DNA of 64,000 bases, taken from positions 72,811 through 136,810 of the forward strand of contig CAVOUK010000002.1 in the NCBI GenBank assembly GCA_963699585.1. Direction: 5' to 3'. The notes under the pieces are model-generated. The model worked only from the letters and a program-made list of their open reading frames with translations, was not told the DNA's origin and did no database searches. The translations under genes and the position numbers were made by a program. This DNA is from Thermodesulfovibrionia bacterium. Its GTDB lineage: Bacteria > Nitrospirota > Thermodesulfovibrionia > UBA6902. Numbering within the stretch: the stretch's first letter is position 1; each line of letters starts with the position of its first letter. Of this stretch, positions 58,755 through 64,000 are shown in pieces.

Positions 58755-58803
58755 TAAGCTGGCAAGCGTGCAAGCTGGATAGCTTTCAGGCCTGCCGGCT
58801 TTA
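58755..58803. repeat. Phased-octamer tract, AAG-sense units then CTT-sense units
   Basis: AAGCTGGC AAGCGTGC AAGCTGGA TAGCTTTC AGGCCTGC CGGCTTTA. Confidence 0.75.
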
Positions 58804-58837
58804 TGGACCTTCTCCCCCTCACCCCGTCGAGTCGTGC

Positions 58838-58866
58838 TTGACATAATCATTTTTTGGGATTATAAT
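58838..58866 (+). promoter_or_regulatory. Consensus sigma70-type promoter upstream of the GGDEF gene
   Basis: TTGACA (58838-58843), 17-nt spacer, TATAAT (58861-58866); predicts a ~105-nt leader. Confidence 0.6.
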
Positions 58867-58977
58867 CCCAATTATGGACACGTGTCCGGGGAAAGCCTTC
58901 GGTTCTTCGCTCTTGCAGGTGAAGAGTGCTGTCGACAGCAGCATATTTATTGCCGGGCTTCAGGGAGGATATTGAAT

Positions 58978-59841
58978 ATGCTCTCATTAAAAATAACCTT
59001 GATTTTCTATTTCCTTGTAATTATCCTCATAGCCGATCTGAACGCCATTGTTGATCTGGTCCTGCACCCTGATATCTCATACTTTGATAAAGAGCATTTG
59101 ATCATAGGAGGCATTACAGCCGGATTCATTGCCCTCATTTTTGGGTTATTGCTATTGTATACGAAACGGCTGCAAAATCTTATCACATTGCAGAAGCGCA
59201 CAGAAGAAAAGCTCCGGCTTTTGTCTCTTACGGATGAACTTACAGGCATACACAACAGGCGCGGATTTATCACCCTGGCTGAACAGGAGTTAAAGAGGGC
59301 CAACAGGCTGAAAAAAAATAAGATGTTGATCCTTGCAGCAGACATGGATGGTCTCAAGAGGATCAATGATACGTTTGGTCATCATGAGGGCGACCTGGCG
59401 CTGATCATGTTTTCCTGTATCCTCAAGAAAACTTTTCGCGATTCAGATATTATCGCACGTATCGGGGGGGATGAGTTCATGGTGTTTCAGGTAGAAAATG
59501 ACATTAACAATTCAAATACAATTACTGCGCGCCTGCAGAAAAATCTCGATATCCAGAATGCCAGGAACAGCAGCTACAAGTTATCTTTAAGCATCGGTAC
59601 AGTGTACTATGATCCGCAAGTCCATCATTCTCTTGATGAGCTGATGACCCACGTGGATAAAATGATGTACGAGCAAAAAAGGCAACATAAAAGCCTGATC
59701 AGGGTAGTTGCAGACACGTCACCAGCGACTCATTATCTTTCACCTCTTGTTCCGGACATGGCAACACCTACAACAATAACTACCAAAGAAGGCGAATTTA
59801 CAGATCATATTCACGACTGCCGAATGGGATTAAGCAAATGA
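58978..59841 (+). CDS. Membrane-anchored diguanylate cyclase (GGDEF) with I-site
   Basis: GGGAGG RBS before ATG 58978 (MLSLKITLIFYFLVIILIA..); ..DELTGIHNRRGF.., RDSD I-site five residues before RIGGDEFMVF. Confidence 0.85.
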   Translation: MLSLKITLIFYFLVIILIADLNAIVDLVLHPDISYFDKEHLIIGGITAGFIALIFGLLLLYTKRLQNLITLQKRTEEKLRLLSLTDELTGIHNRRGFITLAEQELKRANRLKKNKMLILAADMDGLKRINDTFGHHEGDLALIMFSCILKKTFRDSDIIARIGGDEFMVFQVENDINNSNTITARLQKNLDIQNARNSSYKLSLSIGTVYYDPQVHHSLDELMTHVDKMMYEQKRQHKSLIRVVADTSPATHYLSPLVPDMATPTTITTKEGEFTDHIHDCRMGLSK

Positions 59842-59869
59842 TAAACTGACTGATTAGAAATTTCTTTTA

Positions 59870-59950
59870 AGCTTCAATGTACTTTCTTCCGCGCTTACGA
59901 GCTTCCCCGCTTCCAAGCTTTCCAGCTTGCCGGCTTTCGGGCTTTCCCGA
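59870..59950 (+). repeat. Phased-octamer tract, ~10 units, directly after the GGDEF stop
   Basis: ..TCTTCCGC GCTTACGA GCTTCCCC GCTTCCAA GCTTTCCA GCTTGCCG GCTTTCGG GCTTTCCC; CTT at 59886 + 8n for n = 0..7. Confidence 0.9.
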
Positions 59951-60122
59951 TTTATTTACGAATGGATGCTTGAAAAAAAAATATATGATAAACTTACGGA
60001 AGGGGTAATCAACGTCCAATAGATATCCAGGCATTAACGGTCCGGGAGTTGAATACAAAGAACATTGTAAGATCTCCGGGATGAAGACCTACTATTAATA
60101 ACAAAAAAGTAAAGGAGCATAT

Positions 60123-61082
60123 ATGAATTCGTTTAGTTCTAATGCGCGGCGTGGGAGATCACGGCCACAGCAGCGTTCAAATGTGCCGGCGCGCAGGGTT
60201 GCTTCATCTGATGAGATAAAGTTTCTTGCCGGTACGGCAGTAAACCCGCATACACGTATTATTCTTGAGAAGGGCAGTAATGATCTGTCCGTCCGAGCGC
60301 TTGATCTTATTTGTCCGATAGGTATGGGTCAGCGCGCTCTTATAGTAGCATCGCCCGGGTTGGGTAAAACGACATTTTTGAAAAATATCAGTAATGCGGT
60401 AACAAACGGGTATCCTGACATGAAGGTATATTGCCTGCTTGTTGATGAGCGTCCTGAAGAGGTGACCGATTTTACACGTAGTGTGACGGCCAGGGTATAT
60501 TCATCGTCTATGGACCATAGTCATGAAAGTCATATTAAGGTCGTAGATAAGGTTATCGCAGAGGCTTTTAAGGAAGCTGCCGCAGGGCATAATGTGATGA
60601 TATTGCTTGATTCACTTACGCGTCTGGCGCGGGTACATAACGCACAGCACATAGGTAGAGGGCGTACGATGTCGGGAGGAGTGGGCGCCGGTGCACTTGA
60701 AGTACCACGCCGTATCTTTGGTATTGCCCGCAATGTAGAGGGCCTGGGCTCTATAACGATCCTTGCGACGATCCTGGTCGATACAGGCAGTGCTATGGAT
60801 AATGTTATATTTGAGGAGTTTAAAGGTACGGGCAATATGGAACTGGTGCTCTCAAAAGAACTGGCGGAAAAGAGGGTGTTCCCGGCAATAAATGTGTTAA
60901 AAAGCGGTACCCGGCGTGCTGAGCTTTTGTTTGAGCCGGAAGAGTACAGACGCCTTGAATTATTGCGCCGGGGCATGGCATCGATGCATAATAGTGTTGC
61001 CGCTATGGAAAAGCTTATAGAGCTGCTTCAGAAATATCCGACCAATAGCGAGCTTTTAGAATCATTTAAGGGAAGAACGTAG
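60123..61082 (+). CDS. Rho-like RecA-type ATPase lacking the N-terminal RNA-binding domain (319 aa)
   Basis: Aligns with E. coli Rho from about residue 130 onward: LDLICPIGMGQRALIVASPGLGKT (Walker A), LLVDERPEEVT, ILLDSLTRLARV, Q-loop-like GRGRTMSGGVG, EEFKGTGNMELVLS, KRVFPAINVLKSGTRRAELL. The N-terminus is a 30-aa Arg-rich stretch. AAAGGAG RBS; upstream DNA has stops in all frames. Confidence 0.85.
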   Translation: MNSFSSNARRGRSRPQQRSNVPARRVASSDEIKFLAGTAVNPHTRIILEKGSNDLSVRALDLICPIGMGQRALIVASPGLGKTTFLKNISNAVTNGYPDMKVYCLLVDERPEEVTDFTRSVTARVYSSSMDHSHESHIKVVDKVIAEAFKEAAAGHNVMILLDSLTRLARVHNAQHIGRGRTMSGGVGAGALEVPRRIFGIARNVEGLGSITILATILVDTGSAMDNVIFEEFKGTGNMELVLSKELAEKRVFPAINVLKSGTRRAELLFEPEEYRRLELLRRGMASMHNSVAAMEKLIELLQKYPTNSELLESFKGRT

Positions 61083-61164
61083 GAAGTAGGTTATAGGTTA
61101 TAAGCTTCAAAAACAACATAATAGTGAATTATCCGCTTCTCAAGATCCTTGTCCCCATTCATCG

Positions 61165-61374
61165 CTATCGGCGTGCCCCTATGCCGCCCCAGCCGATGCT
61201 GATCAATATGGCATCCGCAGGACAGATATCCGGGCAATTGCCGCAGTTTATGCAAGAGGACGACCGGTGAGGCAAGCTCTTACCCTCTGACATCTCAAAA
61301 CACTTGACCGGGCAGGCGGATACGCAATCCCCACACCCAGTGCACTTATCCCAATTCACTAAGGATACAAACAC
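61165..61374 (-). CDS. 2x[4Fe-4S] ferredoxin
   Basis: CTGCGDCVSACP and CINCGNCPDICP motifs; 69 aa. Confidence 0.85.
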   Translation of the reverse strand: MFVSLVNWDKCTGCGDCVSACPVKCFEMSEGKSLPHRSSSCINCGNCPDICPADAILISIGWGGIGARR

Positions 61375-61534
61375 TTGCTTTCACCTCTGAAATTAATTTG
61401 ATCTGTTGCACTATTGTAAATTGATCTAATTAAAGGTTAGCACAAAGAATATTTTAGAAATATGATACTTATCATAAGCGCCGAGCAATTTTTAAGCCTG
61501 AACCTGGGAATAATTACGAGTGATTAATTACGAA

Positions 61535-62461
61535 CTACAACGACTTTGTCCTGCTTCTCTTTTCTCTCGTGCGGTGTACTGCCTTTTGAGGTTTTACTTC
61601 CAGGCTGTCTTCCGTGGCATCAATGATGATCGTCCCCTCCTGAAAGTCCCTTGCAAGAAGCTTCTCAGCATCCGTCCAGAGCATGAAGCGCGACGCATCT
61701 CCAAGTAGGGCGATAATGAGCGTTCCTTCTTCCTTATCCGAAGCGCCTACAAAACAGTGCCGCGCTGCCCGGGTATACCCGGTCTTTCCTCCAAGGTGGC
61801 CGTCATCGGTCAAGAGCAGGTGATTTGTATTGGTAAGAACGACCGTCTTCCCCTCGACGTCAAGCGCCGTTGTCGCAGTGTGAATTATATCGGCGATAAG
61901 CGGATAGGACAATGCTTCTTTCATGATCCTTGCGAGATCGCGGGCGGTGGTGTATTGTCCTTCCCCGGGAAGCCCTGAGGCGTTTATAAATCTGGTATTG
62001 AGTGCGCTGATGGACCTTGCCTTTTCATTCATGAGGGATACGAATGCTTCTTCCGTGCCTGCGGAGGCTTCAGCGAGCGCCACCGCTGCGCCGTTGATCG
62101 ACCGTATCAGGGCATAGCAGAGCAGTTCTCTCACACTGAGTTTCCCCCCTCCGGGGAGGGTCGGCCGGACCGATGCGGTAAGGGCGGCTTTTTTGCTTAT
62201 AGTAGTTACCTCATCAGGCCCCAGTGTATCAAGGGCGACCATCGCCGTTATCAGCTTTGTCGTGCTTGCCGGAGGCAATTTAAGGTCCGGGTTCTTTCCA
62301 TAGAGCAGGGTGTCATCTGCACTGTTTATTACGACTGCAGCCTTTGCGGATATTTCTGACGCATGAGAAGGTGACGAAAAGAAGGATGTGACAGCGGCGA
62401 ACGCAAGAAGCAGTGCGCAAAAAAACGTAAAACACCTTGTGATATTTCTTTCCTGTTTCAT
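61535..62461 (-). CDS. D-alanyl-D-alanine carboxypeptidase (peptidase S11, PBP5/6-like)
   Basis: SxxK (PPASTTKLITAM), SxN (RSINGAA), KTG (GGKTGYT). The start is set at MKQERNITR.. with a signal peptide (the track ORF begins 48 nt further upstream). Confidence 0.85.
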   Translation of the reverse strand: MKQERNITRCFTFFCALLLAFAAVTSFFSSPSHASEISAKAAVVINSADDTLLYGKNPDLKLPPASTTKLITAMVALDTLGPDEVTTISKKAALTASVRPTLPGGGKLSVRELLCYALIRSINGAAVALAEASAGTEEAFVSLMNEKARSISALNTRFINASGLPGEGQYTTARDLARIMKEALSYPLIADIIHTATTALDVEGKTVVLTNTNHLLLTDDGHLGGKTGYTRAARHCFVGASDKEEGTLIIALLGDASRFMLWTDAEKLLARDFQEGTIIIDATEDSLEVKPQKAVHRTREKRSRTKSL

Positions 62462-62785
62462 TCTTATTATATTTATCGGTAATTTTCCAGCGTCCCTAAA
62501 GTAATCCAAGAATTACGAATTACGGGCCTTGATTGTTTTTTGAATGCTTCCAATGATCCTCTTCTGACTGCCCGCCTATAGCTTCTTCAACATTTGCTCC
62601 TATGGAAGTCCCCGATCTCAATAGTCGTTTCGACAAAATATAGCTTGCTTTTCCCTGGTTTTTATCGTATTAAAATTTAAAACACGGTTTTTCTTTCATG
62701 GCTGATCTTATTTTCCTGTTCAGTGATCAGATATGGATAAAAATAACGCGGGTATATGTAATGGTGGCTTATAAGGGGTGCCGAT

Positions 62786-63322
62786 ATGGTGAAAAAATCC
62801 TTTCCGTTGTCTAAGGTCTATTGCCTGCTTGAGCCGGGGCCGGTCGTTATGGTCACTACCGCCGGTAAGGCGGGGGCGAACATCATGACCATGTCGTGGC
62901 ATACGATGATCGATTTCAATCCGCCGATAGTGGGCTGCGTGATCAGCAACCGAAACTATACGTTCGACATATTAAAGACGACCAGGAACTGCGTGATCAA
63001 TATCCCAACGGTGGAACTGGCGGAAAAGGTGGTGAGCTGCGGGAATACCTCCGGACGCAGGATCGACAAGTTCAAAGCCTTTGGTCTCACGCAGGCAGCC
63101 GCGTCGTGCGTCAAGGCTCCGCTCATTGACGAGTGCTATGCCAATCTTGAGTGCAAGGTCGTTGATGCGAAGATGGTGGATAGATACAACCTCTTTATCC
63201 TTGAGGTACTAAAAGCATGGATCGACCCCTCAAGAAAAGATCCGCGGACAATACATCATCTCGGGAGAGGAGCTTTTATGATTGCCGGCGAGAGGATTAA
63301 ATTGCCTTCAAAAATGAAGTAG
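62786..63322 (+). CDS. Flavin reductase-like domain protein
   Basis: ..LEPGPVVMVTTAGKAGANIMTMSWHTMIDFNPPIVGCVIS..; paralogous in type to 23523..24053. Confidence 0.75.
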   Translation: MVKKSFPLSKVYCLLEPGPVVMVTTAGKAGANIMTMSWHTMIDFNPPIVGCVISNRNYTFDILKTTRNCVINIPTVELAEKVVSCGNTSGRRIDKFKAFGLTQAAASCVKAPLIDECYANLECKVVDAKMVDRYNLFILEVLKAWIDPSRKDPRTIHHLGRGAFMIAGERIKLPSKMK

Positions 63323-63404
63323 TTTCGCGTACCCTGCAAACTTCACTGCGTTTTACTCCGCTACCTTTTGTACTGCCAAGTACGCGTAACGTAGTGAAGT
63401 GTAC

Positions 63405-63502
63405 TGGCGGGAGCGTGTGGGAATCGAACCCACACTGCCCACTTGTGGCAGGCAACACCGGATTTGAAGTCCGGGAGGGACACCAGAACCCTATACGCTC
63501 CC
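63405..63502 (-). tRNA. selC: tRNA-Sec (anticodon UCA)
   Basis: 98 nt: GGGAGCGUAUAGGGUUCUGGUGUCCCUCCCGGACUUCAAAUCCGGUGUUGCCUGCCACAAGUGGGCAGUGUGGGUUCGAUUCCCACACGCUCCCGCCA. 8-bp acceptor stem GGGAGCGU/ACGCUCCC, anticodon loop CUUCAAA, long variable arm, T-loop UUCGAUU, encoded CCA. GGACUUCAAAUCC is identical to E. coli selC. Confidence 0.9.
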
Positions 63503-63713
63503 ATGATTATTATATTCTAAATATCAAAATCCAAATTACAAATCAAGAAACAACCAATAATAACAAATTCCGGAACACAAATACCAAACAACAAATAAAT
63601 TACGAATTATAAATTATTACATATTCTGTGAAATAAATTCTGTTGATATACTGAAAAGATTCCTGTACTATTTTCCTTTAAGGACTAACATACTAACCGA
63701 AAGGGGGAAGCAT

Positions 63714-64000
63714 ATGTCAAAAGAGAAATTGCCAAAGATGTACATGGATTTCAGGAAACGGTACCCAAAAGTCTCAGCGGCGGTAGAGAACCTCGGTAAG
63801 GCCGCAAGGGCTGCGGGACCCCTGAACAAGAAGACCTCTCACCTTGTTCAGCTTTCTGCTGCTGCGGCCATGCGTTCGGAAGGCTCTGTGCACAGCCATG
63901 TAAGGAGGGCGCTTGAAGCAGGCGCAAAAAAAGAAGAGATATATCATACCTTGATCCTTCTGACAAGCACCATCGGATTTCCGGCGGTTTCGGCGGCAAT
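63714..64000 (+). CDS. Carboxymuconolactone decarboxylase (AhpD-like) family protein, 3'-partial at window end
   Basis: My translation: MSKEKLPKMYMDFRKRYPKVSAAVENLGKAARAAGPLNKKTSHLVQLSAAAAMRSEGSVHSHVRRALEAGAKKEEIYHTLILLTSTIGFPAVSAA; GGGGGAAG RBS. The track lists only the antisense ORF 63751..63999. Confidence 0.7.
   Translation, partial: MSKEKLPKMYMDFRKRYPKVSAAVENLGKAARAAGPLNKKTSHLVQLSAAAAMRSEGSVHSHVRRALEAGAKKEEIYHTLILLTSTIGFPAVSAA

Noticed and set aside
54648-59950. Octamer tracts as integron attC sites, making the region an integron cassette array
   Set aside because: The window has no intI. The tracts lack the imperfect inverted-repeat structure and the R''/R' (RYYYAAC / GTTRRRY) core sites of attC. 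One cargo unit is in the opposite orientation.
61081-61110. A further octamer tract after the Rho-like gene
   Set aside because: The sequence GGAAGTAGGTTATAGGTTATAAGC is a 7-nt tandem repeat (TAGGTTA x2.5), not an 8-nt CTT/AAG phased tract, so it was not counted in the family.
1-64000. Mobile genetic elements (IS elements, prophage, ICE) or known defence systems other than the TA pair
   Set aside because: No transposase, integrase, recombinase, phage structural, restriction-modification, Cas or other recognisable defence genes were found in any frame. Only miniature repeats without coding capacity were found.

Overview
Bacterial chromosomal window with about 60 protein genes, one tRNA (tRNA-Sec) and one TPP riboswitch. 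I saw no rRNA, CRISPR array, transposase, integrase or phage genes.

Gene content, left to right:
- MltD-like lytic transglycosylase, then a DegT aminotransferase / Gfo-Idh-MocA sugar-nucleotide pair.
- copA plus a small HMA-like protein.
- Envelope glycosylation cluster: GT2, 47-aa sORF, GT-C-like membrane protein, TPR protein, beta-barrel OMP, processive GT2.
- ArsR regulator plus a single-polypeptide 4Fe-4S/molybdopterin oxidoreductase fusion.
- Acyl-CoA synthetase, then ispA-dxs-tlyA.
- MBL hydrolase, flavin reductase, PfkB kinase, comEA.
- TPP-riboswitch-controlled thiH-thiS-thiG-thiE-thiC operon, then aconitase.
- Repeat-bounded accessory segment: MazEF-type TA pair, a pore-loop membrane protein, and about 1 kb of non-coding palindromes.
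- Glycogen genes glgB-GH57-malQ.
- Signalling genes: atypical receiver, LOG, PilZ, GGDEF.
- A roughly 1025-aa secreted RCC1/MopE/CARDB protein and a PRMT-like methyltransferase.
- ArsR / Cys-rich sORF / AhpD-like operon.
- SpmA/B-like membrane protein, glycine-zipper lipoprotein, GH43.
- A Rho homologue lacking the N-terminal RNA-binding domain, a ferredoxin, a PBP5-like carboxypeptidase and selC.

Two window-wide signals:
1. About 20 reading-frame breaks fall in otherwise conserved genes. Almost all are net +1 insertions, often in short homopolymers. I read these as assembly indels, not gene decay.
2. Intergenic DNA is unusually repeat-dense. It holds REP-like palindromes (GTAGGGGC..GCCCCTAC and GTCATTCCGG..CCGGAATC) and a family of tracts in which CTT (or AAG) recurs at an exact 8-nt phase. 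These tracts separate nearly every gene between 54.6 and 60 kb.

Best candidates for something new:
- the phased octamer arrays;
- the NTD-less Rho-like ATPase;
- the cytoplasmic FeS-molybdopterin fusion with an Asp in the FS0 cluster motif;
- the HydG-type tyrosine lyase inside the thi operon;
- the ArsR / Cys-rich sORF / AhpD-like operon.

The taxon cannot be assigned from this sequence alone. The gene content (ThiH/HydG-type radical SAM enzyme, selC, GH57, Mo enzyme) suggests an anaerobe.
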